Below, piece after piece: positions 28,300-37,676 of a stretch of 64,000 nt of DNA. The translations under genes and the position numbers were made by a program. The first letter of the stretch is position 1. The number at the start of each line of letters is the position of its first letter. The notes beneath the pieces were generated by a model. The model was not told where the DNA came from. It was given only the letters and a program-made list of their open reading frames with translations, and made no database searches. The stretch is from a bacterium (GTDB taxonomy: Bacteria > Zhuqueibacterota > Zhuqueibacteria > Residuimicrobiales > Krinioviventaceae). The DNA lies in contig CAXXMD010000002.1 in the NCBI GenBank assembly GCA_963675755.2, positions 768,001 to 832,000 of the forward strand, given 5' to 3'.

Positions 28300-30290
28300 A
28301 TACTCTCTGTTATTTTTGCTACAATAAGGGTTATATCGTCAAATTGGTCCATATCACCAGAAAATTTGTTTACATCATGCAATAAACTTTTTAAAAGAGC
28401 ACCGGATGTTTGATTATTTGAATTTTTAAGAAATTCAACCAATTGATCTTCTCCATATTCCTGGTACGTTTTATTCATTGCTTCAGTAATACCATCTGTA
28501 TAAAATAATAACGTATCTTGTTTATTTAATATAACACATTCTTCATTCAAATACATTTCAAAAGTTTTATTATCTGCTAAACCCAAACCAATTCCAGGAG
28601 GAATATGCATCTCAACCTGGTTATCAAGTTGGTTACGTGCAATCAATAATGCATTATGTCCCGCTCTTACAAATTTAAAAGAATTATCATTTAAATCAAT
28701 AATACCATAGATCATTGTTGCAAATATTTTTCGGTCTATGGTCTCATACAACCGTTGATTTACATTCAACAATAATTCTTTGGGACTTTTTTCAGTGTAC
28801 GCCAAAGCACTCATCATCCCTTTAATTTCAGACATGTAAAATGCAGCAGAAGCACCCTTGCCAGAAACATCTGCAATTGCTATCCCTATTCGTTTTTTAT
28901 CTAGAATAAAATAATCATAATAATCACCACCAATTTCAGCAGTGGAAATACAGACACCACTTATATCAAGGCCTTTAATTTGAGGATCCTGCTGTGGAAG
29001 TAATCGCTGCTGTACAGCTCTGGCAATTTCAAGCTCGCGGCTGAGGCGTTCTTTTTCTGTAACCTCTTTTAAGAGGTTTGCATTTTCAAGAGCAAGAGCA
29101 GCCTGTTTACCCAACGTTGACAAAAATTCCAGTTCGTCAATGCTATATTGCAATTGCGCATTTTTAGTAACAAGGAAAAGTCCTAATAAAATATTTTGAT
29201 TGACAAGAGGCAAAAATATTTGATTTTTCAAAAAACCAAAATGATCTTGAAAAGTATCACTAACAAGTTGCTGATGATTTTGCTCAAGTTGTGCAATATC
29301 AAATGCAGTTTGCTTTTCTAAAAGCAAGGATTTGCATTCTTGAGAAATGGGTACTATTTTATTATTATATTTGGTATCAGGATAAGAATACAGGATACAT
29401 GCATCTGCGGTATTCACCTCTGACGAAACAATCAATAAAGTTCCTCGTGATGCATTCATAGATCTAACAATGTGCTCAGTTATAACCTTGCCCAGCTCTT
29501 CCAGCGTATACGTAAAACCCAGCTGTTTAGTAAATTGTTCAATACTGTTTTTCTCTCGTAACCTTGAAATCATATAATTATAAGATTGAGCAAGTGAGCC
29601 GGTTTCATCGTTACTTGTAACTGATAATGTGTTTTCAAGATTGCCATTAGAAACCTGCAACATTGCATCGGAAAGCTGATTGATTGGACGGGTTATACGG
29701 CGACCAATGATTACAGATGCAATTACGCCAATTAATAAAAATAATAATAATAAATACAAGTTGACAAATGCCCGTTGCCTGAATCTATTGTTAAAATCAA
29801 CCAATGAAAAACCAACATCAACCTTGCCCAACAATTCACGTCCTAAACGAATATTGACTGAAAAATGATCAAAGTCATTTTGACTTTCTTCCGCGACTAA
29901 ACCATTTGCAAGGTTTTCAACAACACGTATTTGTTCTTCACGAGTGAGATAACTGTTATCACCAAGATCCAGCCAGTTATAATTGATTCCAAAAGCAGCC
30001 AGGCTGTTATTTTCATCAAAGATAGCGATATATACCAGATCCTTGCCTATATCTGAGGCAATGATATTATCAATCCATTCCTGATAAACAAACCATCCTG
30101 CTGTTTCAGCTAACCGGATTGATGCAATTTGCTTGGCAACCCGTCCCATATTGTTACGTATTTCCTGTCTTTCAACAGATAATTGACGAACAGTAAAAAA
30201 ATAGGATACAAGTCCCATAATTATCAAAATCAAAACTACAATAGCAATTGTAATTTTGATCCATATTTTATTAAGAAATTGTTTCTTCAT
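28296..30290 (-). CDS. membrane HAMP-GAF-PP2C (SpoIIE/RsbU-type) phosphatase
   Basis: Two TM helices flanking an extracytoplasmic domain; HAMP (PINQLSDAM); GAF; GGDYYD, DVSGKG, YTDG, DDIT. Confidence 0.9.
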   Translation of the reverse strand: MKKQFLNKIWIKITIAIVVLILIIMGLVSYFFTVRQLSVERQEIRNNMGRVAKQIASIRLAETAGWFVYQEWIDNIIASDIGKDLVYIAIFDENNSLAAFGINYNWLDLGDNSYLTREEQIRVVENLANGLVAEESQNDFDHFSVNIRLGRELLGKVDVGFSLVDFNNRFRQRAFVNLYLLLLFLLIGVIASVIIGRRITRPINQLSDAMLQVSNGNLENTLSVTSNDETGSLAQSYNYMISRLREKNSIEQFTKQLGFTYTLEELGKVITEHIVRSMNASRGTLLIVSSEVNTADACILYSYPDTKYNNKIVPISQECKSLLLEKQTAFDIAQLEQNHQQLVSDTFQDHFGFLKNQIFLPLVNQNILLGLFLVTKNAQLQYSIDELEFLSTLGKQAALALENANLLKEVTEKERLSRELEIARAVQQRLLPQQDPQIKGLDISGVCISTAEIGGDYYDYFILDKKRIGIAIADVSGKGASAAFYMSEIKGMMSALAYTEKSPKELLLNVNQRLYETIDRKIFATMIYGIIDLNDNSFKFVRAGHNALLIARNQLDNQVEMHIPPGIGLGLADNKTFEMYLNEECVILNKQDTLLFYTDGITEAMNKTYQEYGEDQLVEFLKNSNNQTSGALLKSLLHDVNKFSGDMDQFDDITLIVAKITESI

Positions 30291-30319
30291 AATTTCTAAA
30301 CTAATGTATCAGTTCTGGT

Positions 30320-31666
30320 TTATATATAATCATGTTTCAGTTGTCTTGTAAATTCTTCAACAGCACTATATCCATATTTCTGAGACCACAGCGGAAATAT
30401 AGTAGTGTTGGATAACAAAAGATCAGTATCATCATACCATAAATTGTTTTCAATCGCTCTTTTCCAATCTGATGTGCCAGGTATAGGTGAAAAAGATGCG
30501 ATATTAATTTTTACACCAAGCGACTTTACAAAATTCACACTCGCCAGTACTTCATTCATATCCTGATCTGGTAAACCCATTAATACATAGACACCAATAT
30601 CGTCAGTACTTATTCCAGAGTTAACAAGATTGGTTATTGCTTGCTCAAGGTCTTTATTATTCACTTTAGACATCTCATGCTGTCTGGCAGGATCTATAGA
30701 TTCAAAACTAAGTCTTACAGTTTGCCCTCCTGCTGCTGCAAACAAGGAAGCAAAATTGTTGCTTACAAATCTGGGCTGTATACCATTTGGCGTATGCAGC
30801 CGGATGTTAATTTTTGATTGAACGAGTTGACGTAATAAAGGTTCAATATATGTTTCTGATTTATATAATAATGCATCATCGTAAAAAGCAACATGAGATA
30901 TTTGTTTTTCATTTACCCAATATTGAATTTCCTGAAATACCTGTTCTGAATTTCGTCTATCAAATTTTGGATTTAAAATATGGGAAGCACAAAAACTACA
31001 ACGGTAAGGGCATCCGGTTGAAGTTAATACTGCAATAGATTCCAATTCAGGGTATAAACCATAGACAGGATATGGTAAATCTGAAAGCTTTTCATAAAGA
31101 TATTCAACATCTGTATCCAATATATGATTTACCAGTTTAATAAATTGTGAAATATCAGAACCGGTAAAAAGATAGTCTGGTGCTATATTCTCCCGGGCAT
31201 GTTCATGTGCCAATGTGGCATATATTCCACCTAAAATTATGGGAGTATCAGGAAAATATTTTTTCAATAAAATGTACATATCTTTTACAGCGGGGTACCA
31301 ATAGGTCATAATTGATGTCAGGCAAATCAAATCCGGTTTTTCAATTCGGTTTTGTAATTCACGATCTATCAATTCAATGGGTAATCCATATCTGCAAAAT
31401 TTACGGTCAATATGTGAAAGAACATCAGGTTTATCAATCGGAACACGATAAAATTTACCGGTACCGTTATTTTTACCATGAGGTATTTTGTAATTTGAAT
31501 CCTTAAAGGAAGGATGATATCTATCCAAACAGTCTAATAATTGCAGATCAAAACCAGCATCTTGCAGTACACCTCCAATTTGTAACAGGCCGAGGGGTTT
31601 TGACCAAAAATCATACGCAGCAAAATCATATATCCATGGATTTACAAGTAAAATCTTTTTGTTCAT
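30320..31666 (-). CDS. cobalamin-binding-domain radical SAM protein
   Basis: ILLVNPWIYDF..KPLGL, ILGGIYAT, GCPYRCSFC, YDDA motifs. Confidence 0.85.
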   Translation of the reverse strand: MNKKILLVNPWIYDFAAYDFWSKPLGLLQIGGVLQDAGFDLQLLDCLDRYHPSFKDSNYKIPHGKNNGTGKFYRVPIDKPDVLSHIDRKFCRYGLPIELIDRELQNRIEKPDLICLTSIMTYWYPAVKDMYILLKKYFPDTPIILGGIYATLAHEHARENIAPDYLFTGSDISQFIKLVNHILDTDVEYLYEKLSDLPYPVYGLYPELESIAVLTSTGCPYRCSFCASHILNPKFDRRNSEQVFQEIQYWVNEKQISHVAFYDDALLYKSETYIEPLLRQLVQSKINIRLHTPNGIQPRFVSNNFASLFAAAGGQTVRLSFESIDPARQHEMSKVNNKDLEQAITNLVNSGISTDDIGVYVLMGLPDQDMNEVLASVNFVKSLGVKINIASFSPIPGTSDWKRAIENNLWYDDTDLLLSNTTIFPLWSQKYGYSAVEEFTRQLKHDYI

Positions 31667-31668
31667 AA

Positions 31669-32835
31669 TCAAGAAAACTGGGCAATCATTAACAATATAT
31701 CATCCCGGAGGTCACCATGACTATAATTTCTAACATCCTTAACTATAGACTCGGCAGCTTTGTCAACGGGTTGATCCTTATAATCCTGAAACTTTTTCAG
31801 CAATGAATCAAGCCCAAATTGCTCCTGATATTCATTTTCTGTTTCAATAATTCCATCAGTATAGAGAGCAAGTCTATCACCTGCATGGTATTCAAAAACA
31901 TCTTGCTCAAATATATTATCTTCTACATCAGAAAAGCCAATAATAGGATTTTGTGAAGACAATTTAATGACATTTTGTTCACCTACATGAAACAACAATG
32001 CAGAAGGATGAGCGCTTCCGGCATGATAGAGCTTTTTATTATGATAATCTACCTTTATGGATTGTATAGTCAAAAATAATCCGGTTTGTGAAAAAGAATC
32101 AAAGAAAAAAGCATTAAGTTGATGTAATAATTCTTTGGGATCCAATCCCTCGCGAACCAATTTATTTATTTCACTGCAAACACGATTCACAAGAAGCGCT
32201 GCGGCAATACCATGCCCGGTTACATCAATAATGGTCATATAGAAATGACCATTATTATCATCATATACATCCGCAAAATCACCGCCAATGCCTATCATTG
32301 GCAAATATTCAACACCAAATGCTATATTTTCATTTTCAAACTCCAGGGGCACCAAACTGTTTTGGACACGCTTTGCAAGATTTAAATCTTTTTCAATCAT
32401 GGTATGAAATTCTTCAATCTCGCGTTTTTGATGCTCTACAAGCATTTCCATACGACGTTGCTCCAGAGCCTTTTCAATACGAACCAGAAAAGTTTCATTA
32501 TTAAAGGGTTTTGTTAAATAATCATATGCACCCTCTTGCATCGCCTGGACTGCAGTTGAAATACTTCCATATCCGGTTAAAATGATAACCTGTACATATT
32601 TATCAGCTTTTTTGGCTGCCTCTAAAACATCAAGGCCACTTACCTGATACATTTGCAAATCAGTGACAATAACGTCGTATTGTGTTTCAGATATTTTCTC
32701 AAGCGCTTTTTCACCTGATTCTGCTTCTTCAACATTAAAAGCTTTGAGTTTTAAAATTTGAATGAACAACCTTCTATTGTAACTGTCATCATCCACTACC
32801 AAAATTTGGGGTAAATCTACATTATTTAAACTCAT
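31669..32835 (-). CDS. response-regulator receiver-PP2C phosphatase
   Basis: ILVVDDD, TDLQM, LTG, TKP (receiver); GGDFAD, DVTGHG, YTDG, DD. Confidence 0.9.
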   Translation of the reverse strand: MSLNNVDLPQILVVDDDSYNRRLFIQILKLKAFNVEEAESGEKALEKISETQYDVIVTDLQMYQVSGLDVLEAAKKADKYVQVIILTGYGSISTAVQAMQEGAYDYLTKPFNNETFLVRIEKALEQRRMEMLVEHQKREIEEFHTMIEKDLNLAKRVQNSLVPLEFENENIAFGVEYLPMIGIGGDFADVYDDNNGHFYMTIIDVTGHGIAAALLVNRVCSEINKLVREGLDPKELLHQLNAFFFDSFSQTGLFLTIQSIKVDYHNKKLYHAGSAHPSALLFHVGEQNVIKLSSQNPIIGFSDVEDNIFEQDVFEYHAGDRLALYTDGIIETENEYQEQFGLDSLLKKFQDYKDQPVDKAAESIVKDVRNYSHGDLRDDILLMIAQFS

Positions 32836-32841
32836 AAAAAA

Positions 32842-34605
32842 CTAACCGATCACTTTAAATCCCAACAAGGTTATATCATCGCTTTGTGCTTCGCCTTTGG
32901 TAAACTCGCCCACTTTATTCATTATCAAATTAAGGGTATCCTGAATTTCGAGGTTTTCTTTTTGTGCCTGATGTAACAGCTCTAACAAACGCCATTCCTC
33001 AAATTCCTGCTCCATGCGATTCATAGCCTCTGTCACTCCATCAGTAAACATTAACACCAAATCACCTGAATTTAGTTCAACTGATTGAGTTGCATATTTT
33101 ACATTTGGCATCATACCTAACAACAATCCACCTTCATCAAGTTCAATACAGTCACCATTTTCACGTATTAAATAAGGAGGATTATGGCCTGCATTGCAAT
33201 AAACCATTGTATTATTTTCCAGATCAATTTCTGCATAAAAAAAGGTGATAAATTTATCTAAATTGGTATTTGCATAAATTAAATTATTTAATTTAGAAAC
33301 CAAAGCGTTAATATCAGTATTGGTCATTAAAAGGCTGTGCAAACCAGCATGTAAATTAGACATTAGCAATGATGCCGGAGCACCTTTTCCAGAAACATCA
33401 CCAATTGCAAGGGCAATTTTATTTTCATCGAGTTTGATGCAATCAAAATAATCACCACCCACTTCACGAGAAGGGATATTTAATCCATTTATATGCAAAT
33501 GAGCAGATTCGGGAAAAGATTCAGGAAATAATCGCTGTTGAATTTCTCGTGCAATATTTAACTCTTCTTCCATCCGTTGTTTTTCCAGTGTAACATCGAA
33601 TAGATTTGCATTTTCAATAGAGATCATTGCCTGGTTACAGAGCGTTGAAAGAAATCCTATATCGTCATCATCATATATTGCTTTATTAATCTTTTCACCT
33701 AAAAGCAGCATTCCTTTGGTTTGATCTTGAATACGCATGGGAATAACAACTTTGATATTAAAATCACGTAGAGCATGCATTTCTCTGGTTAAAACGGTTT
33801 CATCAATTTTCATTACTGAATTAATGTTCCCAAGATTCTTTAAAAATTCAGCATCCGTAAAACTTTTAACATCTTGAAGGGTTTTTTCAGCCCCCTTGTA
33901 TTCAAAAAGTTCAAGTGCATCTGTATTTTCTAAAAAAACATAACAACGGGTGGCAAACATTTCACCCATTATTGCATATATTAATAAATTAACAATTTTT
34001 TTCTTATCCAGAGTAGAGTTGAGCTCTTTGCCAATATCAAACAAGGTGTTCAACTCTTGAATTTTTTTATCTAATTTTTTATTTACTGTTAATAATTTTT
34101 GCACAATTAATGCATTCTCTATAGCAGTTGATGCTATATTGGTAAGTAAATTTAAAAAATCGAGCTCATTTTTTGCATAGGGATTACCGGTTATCTTTTT
34201 ACCAAGAGCAAGAATTCCTATTAACCGGTCTTTGGTTTTTATTGGTAACAAAATTTCAATTTCAAGGGACTGAAACAATTCTTTTAATTTACATTGAGCA
34301 ATATTGAGTTCATTCAATAAAATGGGTTGTTCAAAATGATATTCTATAGTATATGTTTTCCCAACCAGATCTTTATCCAATCCTTTAACAACCTGAATAC
34401 TGAATGTTTTTTTGTCATCTACAATTAATACCAATCCACGTGAAATCATCATTCTGCCCATTGGAGTGAGCAACAGATTATTTAATATGGTAGGCAAATC
34501 AAGCGAAGAATTGAGAATTTTACCTGTTTCAAACAAGGATCTCAATTCAACGTGTTGCTGATCAATTTCTAAATGTAAAGCTTTACTGGAATCAGAATCT
34601 GCCAT
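32842..34605 (-). CDS. GAF-GAF-PP2C phosphatase
   Basis: Two repeated GAF units (LNSSLD / LNSTLD ... IENA); GGDYFD, DVSGKG, FTDG, DDIT. Confidence 0.9.
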   Translation of the reverse strand: MADSDSSKALHLEIDQQHVELRSLFETGKILNSSLDLPTILNNLLLTPMGRMMISRGLVLIVDDKKTFSIQVVKGLDKDLVGKTYTIEYHFEQPILLNELNIAQCKLKELFQSLEIEILLPIKTKDRLIGILALGKKITGNPYAKNELDFLNLLTNIASTAIENALIVQKLLTVNKKLDKKIQELNTLFDIGKELNSTLDKKKIVNLLIYAIMGEMFATRCYVFLENTDALELFEYKGAEKTLQDVKSFTDAEFLKNLGNINSVMKIDETVLTREMHALRDFNIKVVIPMRIQDQTKGMLLLGEKINKAIYDDDDIGFLSTLCNQAMISIENANLFDVTLEKQRMEEELNIAREIQQRLFPESFPESAHLHINGLNIPSREVGGDYFDCIKLDENKIALAIGDVSGKGAPASLLMSNLHAGLHSLLMTNTDINALVSKLNNLIYANTNLDKFITFFYAEIDLENNTMVYCNAGHNPPYLIRENGDCIELDEGGLLLGMMPNVKYATQSVELNSGDLVLMFTDGVTEAMNRMEQEFEEWRLLELLHQAQKENLEIQDTLNLIMNKVGEFTKGEAQSDDITLLGFKVIG

Positions 34606-35117
34606 TACTTTTCCTTACCCTTGTCATGCAATTCCGAATCCTGAGCATTTATAAAATATTTGACCATGGTCACCTGGTTATTTTTTCCAGGATTGATATC
34701 ATAAACCACATCATCCATTAGTGTTTTCATTAAATAAATACCCAATCCACCAACCTTGAGCTCTGCAAGATATTGTTTTAAATCAGGAATTTTGATTGAT
34801 TTGGGATCGAATCCTTTACCATGATCAGTGACTACAAGCGTAAACTTTTGATAATCTACCTTGATAACAATATCCAGTGTGCTTTCTTTATTGTCTTTGG
34901 AATACGCATGTTTGATTACATTGGTGCAGGCTTCGTCACATGCAAGTTCAATCTTGTTCACTTCTTCAGCATCAAAACCAACCTTGTCGGCAACTTTGCC
35001 TACGAATCCTCTTATCAACTCCAAATTATCTGTCTGACTGGGAATTCGAAGAGTGTACTCTCCTTCCAGTTTTGGAGCAATTGGCTGTTGTTTTTTCTTT
35101 TCAGCAGTATTTGTCAT
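34605..35117 (-). CDS. rsbW: anti-sigma factor Ser kinase (RsbW/SpoIIAB type)
   Basis: EACTNVIKHAY, DHGKGFD, GGLGIYLM motifs. Confidence 0.88.
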   Translation of the reverse strand: MTNTAEKKKQQPIAPKLEGEYTLRIPSQTDNLELIRGFVGKVADKVGFDAEEVNKIELACDEACTNVIKHAYSKDNKESTLDIVIKVDYQKFTLVVTDHGKGFDPKSIKIPDLKQYLAELKVGGLGIYLMKTLMDDVVYDINPGKNNQVTMVKYFINAQDSELHDKGKEK

Positions 35118-35135
35118 AACATTTCAACCTGTTAT

Positions 35136-35483
35136 TTAACTGTTAAATTTTTCAATAGCTTCTTCTTCAGTATCAACAATATCATATAATGTAGGAAAAC
35201 CGAGAAGATCGAATACTCTGAATATTTTGGGTGTCATATCGGACATTTTAATATCACCATCATGATTTCGGATATTCTCAATAAAGCCCATAAACACGCC
35301 CAATCCCGCGCTACTGATATATGACAATTCTTTAAAATTGACTAGAATTTTAAATTGCTCTGTATCAATGATTTTTTGGATTGCACTTTCCAATTCAGGG
35401 GCAGTATGCGCGTCCAAAAAGCCACCGATATATAAAACAGCAATTCCTCCTTTTTCTTCTCGGTTAATTGTAAAATTTTCCAT
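35136..35483 (-). CDS. rsbV: STAS anti-sigma-factor antagonist (RsbV/SpoIIAA type)
   Basis: Start MENF after a GGAGG RBS; GFLDAHTAP, LSYISSAGLGV (phosphoacceptor Ser). Confidence 0.88.
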   Translation of the reverse strand: MENFTINREEKGGIAVLYIGGFLDAHTAPELESAIQKIIDTEQFKILVNFKELSYISSAGLGVFMGFIENIRNHDGDIKMSDMTPKIFRVFDLLGFPTLYDIVDTEEEAIEKFNS

Positions 35484-35523
35484 TAATTCCTCCTGAATCA
35501 ATTAATATTTTAGAGTATAGGTC

Positions 35524-37614
35524 TTATAAGACCTTAATCACAACAAATGTTAAATCATCTGTTGTGTTTTCTCCATCAAAGAACGTATAAATCTCGTGTA
35601 TGATCTGTTTTTTTATTTCTGCGGCTGATAAATGATGCAATTGCGCAAAGGCTTTTCCTAAACGTTCTTCACCAAATTCTTCACCGCTTCTGTTTCTGGC
35701 TTCAGTAACTCCATCAGTATAAAGTAAAAAAGTATGGCCGGTTTTTAGGGGCATTTTTAGCTGCTTTAATGTTTTCTCAAAGAGATTTCCGGAATCCAAT
35801 CCTACACCTAATCCTGAAGGCTCTAGTAATTCATAATCAAATTTACCTGTAGATGCAAACAAAATAGGACAATGACCTGCTCTGCAAAATGTAAATGTCT
35901 TTTTCTTAACATCAATTATACCATAAACCAGACTAATAAAGGTATTTCTATCAAAATTTTTATACAAGATGTTATTGGTGGGTATGAGCAGGTTTTTAGG
36001 AGTTTCATTTGCCCTGGCAAGAGCTTCCATGATCCCCTTCACTTCTGCCATATAAAAGGCAGCAGATGGACCTTTACCGGAAACATCACCAATTACCACA
36101 CCCAGGCGATCATCATCGATTTTGAAAAAATCATAATAATCACCACCAACTTCATTGGCAGTAATACAAACAGCATCTAACTCTATGCCTTCCAATTGGG
36201 GCATATCTTTGGGCAATAATTTCATTTGAGCTTCATGAGCAATACGAAGTTCCTGCTCGAGCCGTTCTTTAACGATTGATTCTTCAACCAACCTGGCATT
36301 TTCAATAGCCACAACAGCTTGTTCACAAAACGCACGCAGCATATCAACGTCATCTACTTCAAAGCCAAATTCTATTCGCTTCCCGGCATATAAAAATCCT
36401 ATTACCTTTTCATTATGAATCAAAGGTAAAACCAAAAGTGAGTGACAATCATGTTTCCATTTGCACAATTTCTTGGCAATAGGACTCTTTAAAGATTGAT
36501 TATTTAAAAAAGGCTCTTTATTGGTCTTTAACCATTCAGAAAGTGGATCATGAAATGACGGCTGCCTTCGTTTCAATTCTGAAGGCGAAAGATGCTTGGA
36601 CGATACAAGTTGTAATTCATTGGTCTTTGTATCCAGCAATTCGAGCCAGGAAAAATCCGCTTCGGTTACTTCTGTAGCAAGATTCACAATGGTAACAACA
36701 AGTTTGTTTATATCAAACTCGGAGCTCACTGCCCTGCTTAAATGATGAAAAGAAGAAATTTGTCTTATTTTTCTATCATACAATTGCGCTGTTGGCAAAT
36801 GACCAAGTAATGCAAAAAAAGCAATAATAATATATATAGTTAAAAAGATAATACTGGAATCAACAAACTTGCCCAATACAGGACTAAAAGAATAAACCGG
36901 ATTCAGTTTGTGAAATAAATAACCAAAATAAAACTGGATTGGAATCAGTATAAATCCACCCCAAAAACAGGCCAATTTCTGTTTGCGATTCAAATAGTTG
37001 ATCCAGGAGACACGGAAAGAATTGAAAACCATCAAATTGATGAGAATAAATAATATTACATATTCCAGATTATTAAAAAATCCTTTGTCAAGCCATGAAA
37101 ACTGTCTCAAGGTTTCCGGCAAACTGAATAACGGGTACAATAATAAAAAAATCATCAACCAGGTAAAATTACGGGCGGTAGATTTTTTACGTTTGATATA
37201 TATTAAATTACGTAACGTACCCAGGCTGATAAGCACAAATATAGTAACAAAAAATGTCCAGGATAATACAAAAATATAATTTCCGGCACTTGAATAGATT
37301 GCTTTATTGCCCTCATCAAAGTCAAACAAGAAATCCAAACGATCATTGGAAATAATCAATAACAAACAGGTAAATAATATCAAAAAGAAAAGCGAGCGTA
37401 ACCCACGTAACACATTTCGGTCAGAAGCCCATTTTTGTTTATAAACAAGAGGTAATGAAAGGATTAAAGCAAAAATAATAAAATATTCACGGATATAGAT
37501 AGCCGTTACCGGTGGTCCATCGCTCATGGCCATCATGTTCATATCCTGCACTACTGCTGCAATGAGCAATGCAAGGGGTAATAATAATGATAATTTACTG
37601 ATTTCTTTCATCAT
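35524..37614 (-). CDS. polytopic membrane GAF-PP2C phosphatase
   Basis: About 8 hydrophobic segments, GAF, GGDYYD, DVSGKG, YTDG, DDLT. Confidence 0.9.
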   Translation of the reverse strand: MMKEISKLSLLLPLALLIAAVVQDMNMMAMSDGPPVTAIYIREYFIIFALILSLPLVYKQKWASDRNVLRGLRSLFFLILFTCLLLIISNDRLDFLFDFDEGNKAIYSSAGNYIFVLSWTFFVTIFVLISLGTLRNLIYIKRKKSTARNFTWLMIFLLLYPLFSLPETLRQFSWLDKGFFNNLEYVILFILINLMVFNSFRVSWINYLNRKQKLACFWGGFILIPIQFYFGYLFHKLNPVYSFSPVLGKFVDSSIIFLTIYIIIAFFALLGHLPTAQLYDRKIRQISSFHHLSRAVSSEFDINKLVVTIVNLATEVTEADFSWLELLDTKTNELQLVSSKHLSPSELKRRQPSFHDPLSEWLKTNKEPFLNNQSLKSPIAKKLCKWKHDCHSLLVLPLIHNEKVIGFLYAGKRIEFGFEVDDVDMLRAFCEQAVVAIENARLVEESIVKERLEQELRIAHEAQMKLLPKDMPQLEGIELDAVCITANEVGGDYYDFFKIDDDRLGVVIGDVSGKGPSAAFYMAEVKGIMEALARANETPKNLLIPTNNILYKNFDRNTFISLVYGIIDVKKKTFTFCRAGHCPILFASTGKFDYELLEPSGLGVGLDSGNLFEKTLKQLKMPLKTGHTFLLYTDGVTEARNRSGEEFGEERLGKAFAQLHHLSAAEIKKQIIHEIYTFFDGENTTDDLTFVVIKVL

Positions 37615-37676
37615 ATCCGCTTTTTTGTTCTATACGTTGATACGAATAAGCATATAAATAGTTACAATTATGTATG

